Source: Octopus sinensis (Eukaryota). Taken from it: a stretch of DNA of 46,528 bases. The stretch is from assembly GCF_006345805.1 (NCBI RefSeq), contig NW_021834614.1:1-46528 (forward strand), given 5' to 3'. The position numbers were made by a program, and so were the translations under genes. This document shows, one piece after another, positions 22,351-35,950 of the stretch; the first letter of the stretch is position 1, and each line of letters opens with the position of its first letter. The notes under the pieces were generated by a model that made no database searches, was not told the DNA's origin, and saw only the letters and a list, made by a program, of their open reading frames with translations.

Positions 22351-23515
22351 AGCAGTAGCAGCAGCGACAGCAATATCAACGGCAGAAGCAACAGAGGCAG
22401 CACCACCACCAGCAACAACAACAACAACATCGTCCTCACTACCAGAGAAACCATTATCACCAACACCGCCGCATTCAAATCCAGCGCCACCAACATCACC
22501 ACAACTGCCGTACGACACCGGCACCACCACCACATCCATCATCGTCACCATCGCTACTGTCATTAAAACGACGACCACCACCGCCCCCGCAGTTTCCCCC
22601 CCCCCCACCATCGCAACCACCCTACAACATCAGTAACTCAATCATAATCGTCTTTACTACCGCAAACGCCTTCACCCCGTGGCCACCACAACCATCACCT
22701 TCACCACCATCACCACCAAGAACAACGAGATGGTCGTCACCATTATCGCCAATGCTAAGACCATCACCACCACCACCACCACCACCACCACCACCACTAA
22801 CACTACCATCGCCCCTACAGCTGCCGCCAACACCAATACCACCAACACCACGACAGCGACACCGAAAACCACCACCAGCGCCACCACCACCAACAACAAC
22901 AGTAACACAACCATCACTACCAGCCAGCATCATCACCCCTCCCGCCATTATCACTACCACCAGAATTATCATCAGTCCCACCATCACCGTCACCATTATT
23001 ATCATCACCACCATCGTCACAATTATCTCCACCACCACCACCATTATCATTACTACCGTCATTATCATCACATCTCCACCATTATCACGGCTATTGCCAC
23101 AACCACTACCACTACCACTACCACCACCATTGCCACCACCACCGCCACCACCATCCTTCCACTACCACCACGACTATCACCGCCATCGTTACCACCACCA
23201 CTGACGCCACCACAACCACCAACATCACCAGTACCACCGCTATCGGCGCCACCACCATTACCACCAGCACCATCACCACCACTACCTCCACAATCATCAT
23301 CACCTCCATCCGTCCACTACCACCCCCACTATCACCCCCATCGTTACCACCACCACAACCACCACCGATGTCTCCACAACTACCACCATCACTACCACCA
23401 CTATCAGCACCACCACCACTACCACCACTGTCACCACTACATCTACCACCACTATCTCCACCACTGTCACCACCACCATTGCCATCACCACCACTACCAC
23501 CACCACAACAATACC
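22340..23515. repeat. Degenerate (CAC)n/(CAA)n/(CAT)n trinucleotide tract
   Basis: Directly visible; yields spurious poly-Thr/His/Pro ORFs. Confidence 0.9.
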
Positions 23516-24144
23516 TCAATCACGCAAGAACCATTTACCGGCACGCCGCCATCTCTCGTAGAAACGCAGAGAATCAGTTTGAAGTAGTTTAGTTGGTCAA
23601 TTCCATCGGCCAACGTCATTTTCGCATCAACCGTCTTCAAATATCCATTTACGGTGCTGAAAGGTGAACGAAGGACTGTGCCTCACCTATGAACCAGACG
23701 CTCTTTATTTACCAAATACTTCTTCAGACTCCCACACCACTTCTTCCATTCCATTCCATTTCTTTAAAGTCTCACACTTTGGCTTTCTCGCTATTTTTCT
23801 CTTTTCTGCGATTTTTGCATCTATTTCTTAACTTTCTTCTATATTTTGTATTTCATGTGCTTTCTCCATACATACATACATACATACATACATACATACA
23901 TACATACATACATACATACGTATACGCATACAATATACATACATACATACATATATATACACATACAATATACATACATATATGTACATATATACACATA
24001 CATATACACACATATATTTATTTATATATATGTAAGCATATATGTATATATATATACACACAATCACACATAGATATACCCATATATGTATATATTTGTG
24101 TATGTGTGTGTTTGTATGTGCGTGTATGTGTACATGTACACATA

Positions 24145-24194
<50 letters not shown>

Positions 24195-24624
24195 CATATG
24201 CGTCTGTCTATCAATAGCTATATCTATGTGTATGCATGCATATATATATGTACACTAGTTATGTATGCGATGTGTATATGTGTGTTTACACTCACACGTA
24301 TTCATCTAAGTATGAATAGGATGCAACCATCTTTTAAAAAGTGTTTGATCCCCATTTTTTTTCTACGCTTTCATATTTGTCAACCATCCTGCATTCTCCC
24401 TTTTTTTCCCTTCGCTTTAAATGTTGGTTGAAACGGTCACCATCACTCTCTCTCTCTCTCTCCCTCTGCCTCTTTTAATCTCTTTTATTACCTGTGACTT
24501 TCTCATACCTACTTACTCATGCTTATTGCCTTCCTTAGTATACATACAAACCCATTTACATACCAAGAATCCAATACACACACACAAATACCCATATACA
24601 CACACATAGGCATATACATTGACA

Positions 24625-24802
24625 GCTAAATCCGCAAGCTTTTATTTATTCGCTCCCTGTTCATTTCCTCATATTCCTTTCTGTTGAAGAGCGTAGGCTC
24701 GAAGCGTAAAAGACTTTCTCACCCGCCAGAGCGTCAAACTAGTACACCGACTTGTTGTTTATACACCTGTCTTCATCTTTTGTTTTTCTGTAAATTTCAC
24801 CT
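24625..24802 (+). mobile_element. PLE pLTR-like fragment with a degenerate minimal hammerhead
   Basis: CTTT-CTGTTGA-A-GAGC-GTAG-GCTC-GAAGC-GTA-AAAG at 24677-24712 (two core changes); same layout as 14403-14605, including downstream GAGCGTC; ends at (TA)n. Confidence 0.5.
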
Positions 24803-25542
24803 ATATATATATATATATGTGTGTGGTGTGTGTGTGTGTGTGTGTGTGTGTATGAGGACGATTGTTTGTAGCTATCTGTGAACATCTCCCTTTAGGTGAC
24901 GTGTTTTCATAAAACGCCTAATTCGCCAATGATCAGTGACTTTCAGACTTGCTACTTTCAGAGTTGTTTCGATCTTATTTTGTGTCTCCTCAGCCAAAGC
25001 TACCGAGCATTCTTTTCATTTCCGATACGTTGAGGCAGAGACACACGCGAATATCCGTCACTGTTGTTATTTGTTTTCTTTTTTCTGTTGTTTTCCATTC
25101 ATCTTATGACCAGTTATTTGTTTTGCAAACATCAGCTTATTCCAAGAATGATCTCGTTCTTCTTTTCGATCCCTCACTCCTCTGTAGTTGTTTTCTCTCA
25201 GATGGCACACATTTGGTTGAAAGATTATGTGGTGTCCGAAAGAACCTCTACATCAGTCAATTTACCGTGCTACGAACGCTTGTCTTCTAAAGAGAGGATG
25301 TATTCTCCGACGACGGAGAACAATAGTGATCGTTATTGTTTTCGATGTTCTCTTCTCTGCGTGCAACCCATGAATTGCTGGATAATTATTTAAGCTACGT
25401 GTATATACCGTTATAATATTTCTTCTACTGTAACTAGGTGTTTTGTTTCCAAAATGAAAACAAAACCAGACTACGCACTAAATTATAGTTTCAAATACAA
25501 TTTTTCATTGTTTGTTTGTTTTGTTTTTTAATATATTAATTT

Positions 25543-25700
25543 AAGACGGCAAGCTGGCAGAATCGTTACCATGCTGGCCAAAATGATTAAGGCCATTTCG
25601 TCCCTCCCTACGTTCTCAGTTCAAAATCCTCGGAGGTCGGCTTTGCCTTTCAATATTTCGAGATCGATGAAATAGTTATCATTTGAACATCTCTACCCCC
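25543..25700 (+). mobile_element. Nin-domain SINE, decayed
   Basis: AAGACGGCAAGCTGGCAGAATCGTTA...CTTTGCCTTTCA. Confidence 0.75.
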
Positions 25701-25961
25701 TTATACCAAACTTAGAAGCAAATATCTTAAGTATGATAAGATCTCGGACTGTAAAATGTCTGACAGTAACATTTTAGGGCAAAAAATAGCAATAACAAAA
25801 GTGCTTAAAGCAAAAATCTTTTCAGTTTTCCTTACAAAAATATTTTCGACTAAAATACTTACCGTCAAATTTAATGACAGGTTGTCTTTATGATACAGAT
25901 TTAATCGATTCCCATGAATCGGTACGAACCATTTCCATCTCAACTCTACCGCACTGTCCTG

Positions 25962-26120
25962 TTTTCAAATTTAGGCACAAGGCCAGCAATTTTGGATGGA
26001 GGTGATAAGTTGATTACGTGAATCCCAATGCTCAAATTGTACATATTTTATCAACTCCCAAAAAGATTAAAGGCGAAGTTGACTTCGATGGAATTTGAAC
26101 TCAGAACGTAAAGATGGACA
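25962..26120 (-). mobile_element. Nin-domain SINE, truncated
   Basis: Homology to family B. Confidence 0.7.
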
Positions 26121-26483
26121 TCTTAATATAGTGCCCTGCCGAACTATATTAATACGATGATGAAATATTTTTGTGAGGAAACATTAGTAATATTCCATCA
26201 TTGATCAAAATCAATATACCACGATACAACATGATTACAACCCACCACAAACAATGGTATCACATGACGATGCATCAGACAAAATCACAAGCGAATAAAA
26301 TTGATGAAAGTACAACACATAATATATTTCAACACATCACATCTTTGGAGATCAGGACCCGTCGCAAGACAGCATGTCATATACCTGTACACCAAAGTAC
26401 ATCACAAAACACGTGATTGTTCAACACATTACAAGATTTCACATCAGGGCACATAAGACCACTCGATGTCACATAAGATTATA

Positions 26484-26682
26484 CTTTTCCACTCTAGGCA
26501 CAAAGCTCGAAATTATTGGGAAGGGAGGCCAGTCGATTAGATCGACCCCAGTAAGCAACTGGTACTTAATTTATCGACACCGAAAGAATGAAAGGCAAAG
26601 TCAACCTCGGCGGAATTTGAACTCAGGATGTAAAGACAGACGAACGCCTGGCGTGCTAACGCTTCTGCCAGCTCGCCGCCTT
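26484..26682 (-). mobile_element. Nin-domain SINE
   Basis: Homology to family B. Confidence 0.82.
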
Positions 26683-26838
26683 ATAAGAGTTTAACGCATC
26701 AAAGATCAACGCCGTATGCAAAGTTTCATAAGAAAATATCCCAGCGTCTTCATACATCGCCACAGATCACATAACAGCACAACACACATTGCTTCACATT
26801 CATTCAAAACACCTCACAACCGTTCACAACACAAACAC

Positions 26839-27045
26839 CAGCCGTTCAAGAATTTGGACCTGGATATCTCCATTTCCAGCGACTTCCAGGGCCACCTCCC
26901 AGTGGTGTCGGGCGTCAACGAAAAGCCCTCAACTACAACAAGACGACCAAAGTTTTTTTTTTCCAAGGTCTGAGGTCTCCTGCCCCTAAGCTCTTAATCA
27001 CCCTTACCCGTCTTGTTGCTTAACAACAACAACAACAACAACAAC
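26839..27045 (+). repeat. Short dispersed duplicate (copy 2) ending in (AAC)n
   Basis: Matches 22208-22350 with ~67 extra bp (26861-26927). Confidence 0.75.
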
Positions 27046-27129
27046 ACAAACACCAACACATCACATCAGTCCTCTCTTTCTCTCTCTCTCTCCCTCACAC
27101 AGACACACATGCACATTCATATATCATAC

Positions 27130-27430
27130 CCTTTCAAAACAAATCACATCACAACACAACAAATTACAACACAGCATAATATATTACAACATATAACAAC
27201 ACATCACAATACATCACAAGACATTACAATACATCACATCACATCACCACGTATCACAACATACCACAACACATCGCATCACAATAACACACTTCATAAT
27301 GTATCGCATCACCACAGAACATATCACAACACGTCACAACACACCGTAGAAAATTAGCCAAGTTGCATCACAACAAAATGTCGCAATGCAGCAAATCGCA
27401 TCACGGCACATCACAAGAATTAACAACACA
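27130..27430. repeat. Degenerate pentanucleotide (CACAT/CACAA)n tract
   Basis: Directly visible. Confidence 0.7.
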
Positions 27431-27956
27431 TCGCCACGCTTAGCAACGTACCAGCTTGTGTCAGAAGACTTTATGAGACAGAGCTAAACAGCTTAGCGAA
27501 AAGTAAAGAGTAACAAAATTTTCCTCGCAAAAAAAAGAAAAACAGAAAAAAGGAAGAACGATGCCATTATGGCAATGAAAGAATCTCAGACATCGATTAG
27601 GTTAAGTATATTTCGTCTTGAGACGGATAGGGATTAAAGATCAATGGAGGAGGAAGGAGAGGAAGGAATATATATATATATATGCAGTAAACTCACAAAT
27701 GCGATAATGATGATGATGATGATGATGGATGATGATGATGATGATGATGAATGATAATAAAGGTAGTAATGATAATAATAATAAATAATAATGATAATAA
27801 TAACAATAATAATAATAACACCAACAACAACAATAATAATAATAATAATAATAATAGTTACAGAAAAAAGTTAAAAGATTTATTCCTACATACGTCGGTG
27901 TGTTTTTACATAGAGAGGTTACATAAATACATACATACAGACACACACACACACAC

Positions 27957-27984
27957 AGATAGATAGATAGAAATATAGATAGAT

Positions 27985-28074
<90 letters not shown>

Positions 28075-28095
28075 AGATAGATAGAAGATAGATAG

Positions 28096-28130
<35 letters not shown>

Positions 28131-28175
28131 GAGATAGATAGATAGATAGAAGATAGATAGATAGGAGATAGATAG

Positions 28176-28223
<48 letters not shown>

Positions 28224-28245
28224 CACACACACACACACACACACA
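27957..28245. repeat. (TAGA)n plus (CA)n microsatellite
   Basis: Directly visible. Confidence 0.95.
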
Positions 28246-28568
28246 GGGATGGATGCTGTGTTTGTGTGCTTGGTGTTTGTATATCTCTCTATGGCCGTTC
28301 ATAGATATGTCTATTCATGTATACGTCAGTGTGGTATGGCAGGAATTTTCAAGTAATACTTTATATAATGGACAGGAAGATGTAAGTACAAGAGAGGGGC
28401 AATAGCGTGTCGGAAGTGTTGACATGGTGGTGGGGGGATAGGCTGGACACCGACGCGCTTGTGTGTATGGAGAAAGTAAAGGGAAAATATATCATATGAA
28501 AATAAATAAATAATAACAACAACAACAACAACAACAATAATAATAATAAGAATAACAATAACAAAATG

Positions 28569-28607
<39 letters not shown>

Positions 28608-28611
<4 letters not shown>

Positions 28612-28816
28612 CTCTCTATGTAATCCCAAGGTTTAAAACAAACTTTTTTTTTAAAATCTATGTATTAGACATTCACTAGTACAACACAAAAACCCCCCAA
28701 ATATATGGCACACTAGGCATAACAACAACGGGAACTTCCAACCTGTTGTCTCTTGAGGTCTCTGGGTGAGACTTGGAGCCAACGTGTACAAATATAAAGC
28801 AATAGTCAAACATAGA
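28608..28816 (+). mobile_element. Probable 3' end (ORF end plus UTR) of another Dong/R4-like family, in (TAA)n
   Basis: Starts ATACTCTCTATGTAA (ILSM*, compare RRALSM*/RRALSL* in the other copies); UTR motif GAGGTCTCTGGGTGAGACTTGGA; (TAA)n on both sides. Confidence 0.55.
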
Positions 28817-28839
28817 ATAATAATAATAATAACAACCAC

Positions 28840-31800
28840 TAATTTGTTTTGTTTTTTTTTTATGAAAACTTAATAATAATTTAACTTTACTTGAAAAGAA
28901 AATTTCTAACAGTGACACCGAATCGCTTGTCCAATGGTTATAAAGGAAGCGCGCCTGTCAGGAGGCTGCCAGCCCGATGGCGAAAAATTTTCAAATGGCA
29001 GAATATCTTCCCCGAATACGAACCTGGAAGGTCACTTAAACGTGATTTGTCCCAAATTAAGCCCCCAAATTTCACCACCACAACGACTAGAAAATCAAAA
29101 AAGTGAAAGAACTAAATGGAACCGGGGAGAATATAAAGAAGTAATATATGTTTATTACTTTGCATTAAGTAGGCCAAACCAAGAGAAACACACAGCAAAC
29201 TCCTTCAGAATTTGGAGGAGCCGGAATCCAGCCAGCAGACCAAACCTGGATGAAAACAGATTAGCAAAGGTTAGAAGAGATATCTTCAGAAATACCAGAC
29301 TCACAGATGCAGAATTAACCTCTATTAAAAAAGTGGTAGAGAATGACCTAAATGTAAGTCAGGAAAGAAATAACGAAGCTGAGGAGAGGAATGTTGAGTC
29401 ACAAGCATTGACTGAAAGGCGACCATCTGCCGAAACGACTCAAGATCCTGAAGAAGAAGGAAAATATAATGACCCTAGAAAAAACAGCCAGGAAAATGAT
29501 GTCGAAACAGAATTTGAAGACCACATATTTGCTGAACAATACAGAAAATCTATCATTGAAATGAAGCAAGAAGTTCTGAATGAGCTTGCAGTTGTCGGCC
29601 ATACAACTATGAATGATAGGGAACCACTCCATAAACTCTCAAATGCACATCAACATAAAACAGAAATAAAAATTGGCAACTGCATTACACAGGAAATCAT
29701 ACAACAACTAAAACCCGATCTTAATAAATTAAATGAAATTATTTACTCTGTCGCTAAGGTAATCGAAAGACGCTGTTTAACACCCAAAAAGCCAACAATA
29801 CCAAATTACAAAAAGAAAATCAAACTGAAGGAGTAGAATTGAAACTGAGATTGAATCATTGCGAAGGGAGATATCAATATTAACTGAGCTAATCTCTGGA
29901 AATGATGTAAGATCAAGAAAAGGTAGGAAGATTGTGAGAAAAGATGGACACTCAACAAGAGAAGAACTAATGTCAGCGAAAGAAACACTTAAACAAAAAG
30001 TTCAAGCAAAAGCTCAGAGAATACGCAGATTTGAGAAAAGAATCAAATTCTACAAACAAAATAAGATGTTCAAATCCAATGCCAAATCATTTTGCAGGGA
30101 AATAGGGAAAGAAAAAATAACCATTGAAAATCCACCCCTAATGGAAGAAGTTGAAAACTTTTGGAAGGGGATCTGGAGTGATGAGAAACCATACAATGAA
30201 AATGCAGAGTGGATCAAACGCACCCAAGATGACTACAAAAGTTTACAAGAACAGGTATGGGGAGACATCTCAATCGCCGACCTAAGGAGGGCACTAACGA
30301 AGGCTCACAAGTGGAAATCCCCTGGTATTGATAGAGTACCAAATTTCTGGCTCTCATCGCTCTCGTCCGCACACAAAATGTTAGTAATACTATTTAATAG
30401 TATTATGAAAGACCCGAAAAAAACATCCCATTGGATGGCATATGGTATTACTTACCTCCTCCCCAAAATAACAAAACGAAAGAACCAAAAATCTACCGGC
30501 CTATAACATATTTATCTACTACCTATAAGATTTTGACATCTATTCTAGTAGAGAAATCATATACGTTTATGGAAGAGAATAACCTCTTTCCCACTGAACA
30601 AAAAGGATGCAGACGGGGCTCATACGGATGCAAAGATCAGCTCCTAATTAACCGCATGATCCTTGAGAACTGCCATAATAAGCGCAGGAATCTCAGCTCT
30701 TCTTGGATTGATTATAAAAAAGCCTTTGACAGCATACCACATTCGTGGATTCTGAAATCGCTGGACATTTTCAAAATTTCTCCTGTGATTTCAGATTTTT
30801 TAAAGTATAATATGTCACTATGGAACACGATGCTCCAATTATAACATTCTAATGGAATATTGCGCTCAAACAATATTAGCATAAACTGTGGAATTTTCCA
30901 AGGTGACTCACTTTCACCACTAATTTTCTGAATAGCACTAATACCACTCTCAAGTGAACTGAATAGAACAGGATATGGCTCCAAAATTGACAACAGGGGA
31001 ATAAGCCATCTATTTTATATGGATGATTTAAAGCTATATGGTAAAAATGATGAAGAGCTTGAAGAATTATTACATACTGTGAAAGGATTCAGTGACGATA
31101 TCGGGATGGGGCTTGGCCTTGAAAAGTGTGCCAAAGCCAATTTTAAGAAAGGGAAATTGGTAAAGTCTAGTTCAATCGAATTAGATGTCGAAACAGTAAT
31201 AAAGGAACTTGAGCAGGAACAAACCTATAAATACCTAGGAATAAATGAAGGCTCTGGTATCCAGCATGCAAGCATGAAAGAGGTTAGGAAGGAATGTTAT
31301 AGAAGAGTTCGATCAGTCCTGAAGTCTGAGCTGAATGCATATAATAAGGTGTTAGCCATAAATTCCTTAGCAGTACCAGTTGTTTTCTATAGCTTCAATG
31401 TGCTTAACTGGAATACCAGTGAAATAATGAAAATTGACAGAAAAATCCGCAAGCTACTGACTTATGATAAGATGCACCTTCTAAAGGCAGACGTGGATCG
31501 CCTTTACCTTCCCAGAGCTCAGGGAGGTCGAGGTTCGATCCAGCTTGAACTTACATACAAAACCACCACAATCGGACTGGCCAAATACCTTCAAGCAACC
31601 AACGATTGGATGCTAAACTTGTTGAAAAACATGAAAGACTGAAAAAACTTCATTCTATTCTCAAAGAGAGCAAAAAATTCGCTGCTGGTCTCTTAGATAC
31701 CCACCAGATTGAGCAGGCTGAAGGAAATACGCCAACTGCAGCTGCAAAGAAAAGAAAATTAATTGCAAAGACAAAAGCACATGAAAATTTAGCTAGCAGA

Positions 31801-32718
31801 TGGGAACAGAAACCTCTCCATGGCAAGTATGTGGCCCGTAGCAAACCAGCTGATGTCGACCAGAAACACACGCACAAATGGTTTCGAAGCTCAGGGCTAA
31901 AAGCAGAGAGTGAAGGTTTCATATTAGCTGCTCTAGACCAAAGCTTATTAACCCGGAACTACCAAGCCAGTGTGATAAAAAATGGAGCTGACCCAAAATG
32001 CCGATTCTGTAACAATGATATTGAAACATTAGACCACCTAATCTCAGGGTGTAGAGTCTTAGCGCCTGCAAAATATAAAGTAAGACATGACAGAGTCGGC
32101 CAGTATTTACATTATAAAATCGAAACCGCTGTCAAATGGTATAAACACCATCCTGAAGCTGTGACTGAGGGAGAAAATGTGTCGATTCTACGGGACTTTC
32201 CCGTACAGACCGATAAGACTATAAAAGCTAATAAACCGGATTTTATTATAAAAGATCAGACAAAAAAGATGTGTTTATTAATTGACATGAGTATTCCTTG
32301 CGATCACAATATAGCGGCGAAAGGATTTGACACGATTAGTAAATATAAAGACTTGCTAATAGAAATTGAAAAAATGTGGCATCTCAAGACGACTACAGTA
32401 CCAGGGATTGTAGGATCTCTAGGAATGATAAAAAAAGGTACTGAAACCTATTTGAAAATGATTCCAGGCTTACCATCCCTACAGGAAGTGCAAAAAATCG
32501 TATTACCTGGAACGGCTCATGTACTGAGAAGAGCATTATCGCTGTGAAAACAACATCCATCCATGAATTTATTTATTTATTAATTTTTAAATACATATTT
32601 TATCTGTGAATTTGCGCGTGTAATCTGGGAATGCACACAATGAAGTTCTCTACCCTAGGTGTACGGAAAACACTCGGCGAGAAACGGAAGAAAATTTGAA
32701 GAAAGAAGTAAAAAAACA
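28840..32718 (+). mobile_element. Near full-length Dong/R4-clade non-LTR retrotransposon (RT plus restriction-like endonuclease), disrupted
   Basis: Coding motifs as in the next feature; 3' UTR 32548-32718 followed by (TAA)n; 5' flank is also (TAA)n; exact 5' boundary uncertain. Confidence 0.9.
28934..32547 (+). pseudogene. Single RT-REL polyprotein broken by stops and frameshifts (track ORFs 28934-29836, 29859-30506, 30431-30844, 31019-31642, 31606-32547)
   Basis: N-terminal RTKWNRGEYKEVIYVYY; WKSPGID; YRPIT; EQKGCRRG; WIDYKKAFDSIPH; GIFQGDSLSPL; HLFYMDDLKLY; CCHC knuckle CRFC...HLISGC; RHD; KPD...IDMSIP...KYKDL endonuclease. Confidence 0.93.
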
Positions 32719-32898
32719 TAATAATAATAATAATAATAATAATAAACAATTTCATTTATTAGCCACAAGGGCAAAGGATGAGGGGGGACAATACAAAGAC
32801 AGATATAAAAGTGTGGGTGTTTACATATAATGAAAGGATAAATAAATGAAAGAAAGTATACACGGTATATAATGAAGAAACCATGGGACAAATGCATA

Positions 32899-32967
32899 AA
32901 GAAGAAGAAGAAGAAGAAGAAGAAGAAGAAGAAGAAGAAGAAGAAGAAGAAGAAGAAGAAGAAGAAG

Positions 32968-32999
<32 letters not shown>

Positions 33000-33145
33000 G
33001 AAGAAAAAGGAGAAGAAGAAGGAAGAAAAAGAATCAGGAGGAGGTGAAGAAGAAGTACAGAAGAAGAAGAAAAAAGAAATAGAAGAAAAGGAGGAGAAGA
33101 AGAAGAACGAGGAGGAAGAAGAAAGGGAAGAAGAGGAGGAGGAGA
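32899..33145. repeat. (GAA)n and purine-rich tract
   Basis: Directly visible. Confidence 0.95.
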
Positions 33146-33516
33146 TTTACCGACCCTTTCTTCCTTTTCCTTATCGCCAACAGTAAAAATGTATCACGTT
33201 TTTTAATCATCGACGTCGTTGAAAAAGGCCCCAGGCGAAAGGCAAAGGCCCACTTTGTATTAATGAGGCGTGAATGAATTGGTGTAGGTGTGTTTCTTCA
33301 TTACTGTGTGTGTGTGTGCGTGTGTGTGTGTGTGTGTTTGATTCAGCATGCACTACTGAGCGTCTGTACCACTCTGTGGTTTATATTTATCCACTGCACG
33401 TCTGTACGCCCGTTATCTCACCTTATTTCGGTTATCTTTGAGATTTGTCACTAGACTAAAATATTCTTCACTGACGAGATACGACAACATTGAAACAGTT
33501 TTGTTACTGTTACATA

Positions 33517-33610
33517 GTCAAATGTCTTCTATCATCATAGCCCCGGTCTGACCAGAGCCTTTTGAGTGGATTTGGTAGAAGGAACCTGTAAGCAGCCCAT
33601 CGTTTGTGCG

Positions 33611-33641
<31 letters not shown>

Positions 33642-33808
33642 GTCGTTGTGTGTGTATGTGTGTGTGTGTATGTGTGTGTGTGTATGTATGTGTCGTTGTG
33701 TGTGTGTGTGTGTGTGTATGTGTGTGTGTGTATGTATGTGTCGTTGTGTGTGTGTGTGTGTGTGTATGTGTGTGTGTGTATGTATGTGTCGTTGTGTGTG
33801 TGTGGTGT

Positions 33809-33849
<41 letters not shown>

Positions 33850-33965
33850 GTTGTGTGTGTCGTTGTCTTTCACTACCTCTTGCCAACCGTGTTGGCGTGT
33901 TTGCGTCCGCCAAAAATTAGCAGTTCGGCAAAATATACCGATAGAATAAGTATCAATCCTTAAAA
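33517..33965 (+). mobile_element. Truncated SINE family A with an expanded internal (TG)n carrying a ~48-bp higher-order unit
   Basis: ATAGCCCCGGTCTGACCAGAGCCTTTTGAGTGGATTTGGTAGA...TTAGCAGTTCGGCAAAA; TATGTATGTGTCGTTG recurs four times. Confidence 0.75.
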
Positions 33966-33967
33966 AA

Positions 33968-35072
33968 TGTGGTTGTGGTTGTGGTGGCGTTAGCGGTTGT
34001 GGGGTTGACAATGGTAGTTTGTGGAGGTGGTGGTGGTAGTGGTTGGGTTTGTGGTTGTGGTGGTGGTAGTGGTGGTAGTGATTGTGGTGGTGGTGGTGGT
34101 AGTGGTCAGGTTTGTGTTTGGGGTGGTGGTGTTAGTGGTTTTGATAGTGGTAGTTTTGGTGTTGACGATGGTGGTTTGTGGTGATGGTGGTGGTGTTGGC
34201 GGTGTTAGTCGTTGTTGTGGTGGTAGTAGTGATGGCGGTTTGGATGGTTGTTGTTGGTGGTAGTAGTGGTAGTGGTGGTCGCGGTGGTCGCGGTCGTGGT
34301 TGTTGCGGTGGTGGTGGTTGTGGTGGTGGTCGGAGTTGTGGTGGTAGTGATGGTGGTATAGCATGGTGGTTTCGATGGTTGTTGTTGTTGGTGGCGGTGG
34401 TGGTGGTGGTGGTGGTGGTGGTGGTAGTGGTGGTGGTGGTGATGGCGGCGGTGTTGGTGTTGGCAAAAGTGTGTGTTTAGGCTGAACTTGTATTTCTCTC
34501 TAAGAAGCTATTCAATTAGTGAATTACTTATAATTGTGGCTTTTCAGAATCGTTCAAAAATGGCCGCCAGAACAAGGGACAAACGGACAGACAGAGAGAA
34601 TTCATGTAAGGGTACTTCAGCTGCATTGAGAAACAGGATGGTGCTGGTAGTGATGGTGGTGGTGGTGGTGGTGGCAACAGAAGCGGCTTCACTAAGGTGT
34701 CGTCGTCGTCGGTGGTGATGATAATAGTGGTGGTGGTGGTGGTAGTAGTGGTGGTGGTGGTGGTGGTAGTAATGGTGGTAGTGGTAGTGGTGGTGGTGGT
34801 GGTAGTGGTGGTGGTGGGTCTTGTAAAACTAAAGGGGAAAGATGGTGGTGGTGACTGTGGTGATTGTGATGTTGTTGGAGGTGGTGGTGGTGGTCGTGGT
34901 CGTGGTGGCGTTGGTGTTAGTGGTGGTGATAGTGCTGATGATGGTGGTGATTGTGGTGGAGGTGGATGTAGATGTGGTGCAGTCGGAGTTGGTGGTTGTG
35001 TTGGTATCAGGGATGGTGGTTTCTTGCATTTGATGCGATACTGGCGGCGGCGGTAGTGGTGGTGGCGGCGGT

Positions 35073-35103
<31 letters not shown>

Positions 35104-35862
35104 GTGATGGTGGAGATGGGGATGGTGATGATGGTGCAGTTAGTAGAGATGATCTTGGCGGTGGAGGTAGAGGTGGTGGTGATGGCGTGGTGTTAGTGGC
35201 GACTGTGGTGATTAAACGATGCTGATGATGTGGCTTAGCTGCTCAAATCTGTGTCTGTTGAAGTGGTGGCCTTGATGCTGGTGATGATGTTGCTGTCAGT
35301 GAGGCCTGGCTCTCTGTCACGATTGCGACGGTATTATTACTGGCTGTCCTTTGCTGTTGTATTATACAACCGATGACGTTCCACCGTGACCATCCACACC
35401 TTTTATTACGAGCCAGTTGTGGTTTGTGCCATGATGAGACTGTGTTGGTGGTTGTGATGGTTGTGCTGATTATGATGGTGGCGGTGGTGGTGGTGGTGGG
35501 GTGATTGAGATAATGGTGGTGTTGGTTGTGATAGTTTGTAATGATGCTGATTTTGATGGTTGTGGTGTTATGATGGTGGTGATGGTATAGTCATATTGGT
35601 ATTGTGCTAGTGGTGGTGCTGGTGGTGTTGGTGGTGGTGGTTGTGGTAGGATCGTGGTCATCGTCGATGTGGTGGTGATGGTTGTGGAAGTTGTAATGAT
35701 GATGGTGGTGGTAGTGGTGATTGTGATGGCTGTGATCGCTATGATGGTGGCAGTGGTGGTAGTATTAGTATGGTAGTGGTAGTGATGGTGGTGGTGGTAG
35801 TGGTGGTGGTGGTGGTGGTGATGGTAGTAGCCGTGGTAGTAGTGTTGGTAGCGGTAGTGGTT
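33968..35862. repeat. Degenerate (GGT)n-rich trinucleotide tracts
   Basis: Directly visible; yields spurious poly-Val/Gly ORFs. Confidence 0.9.
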
Positions 35863-35950
35863 AAGTGAGGGTGATTCTGTGTAACAATTATCTATTTTTT
35901 CCCTTTTCTTTGTCTTCAGTCAGTAAATGGTATTTCCTATTTGCTCCTAT

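Noticed and set aside
22223-23592. Long Thr/His/Pro-rich ORFs (up to 302 aa) resembling mucin or extensin
   Set aside because: Open in several frames on both strands because (CAC)n lacks stop codons; no domain or splice evidence
24900-25400. Complex non-repetitive stretch with two ~110-aa ORFs; possible exon or transposase relic
   Set aside because: No recognisable motif in the frames examined; needs BLASTX or RNA-seq
33969-35661. Gly/Val-rich ORFs, and complementarity of this (GGT)n tract to the (CAC)n tract at 22340-23515
   Set aside because: Low-complexity artefact; complementarity is expected from simple repeats
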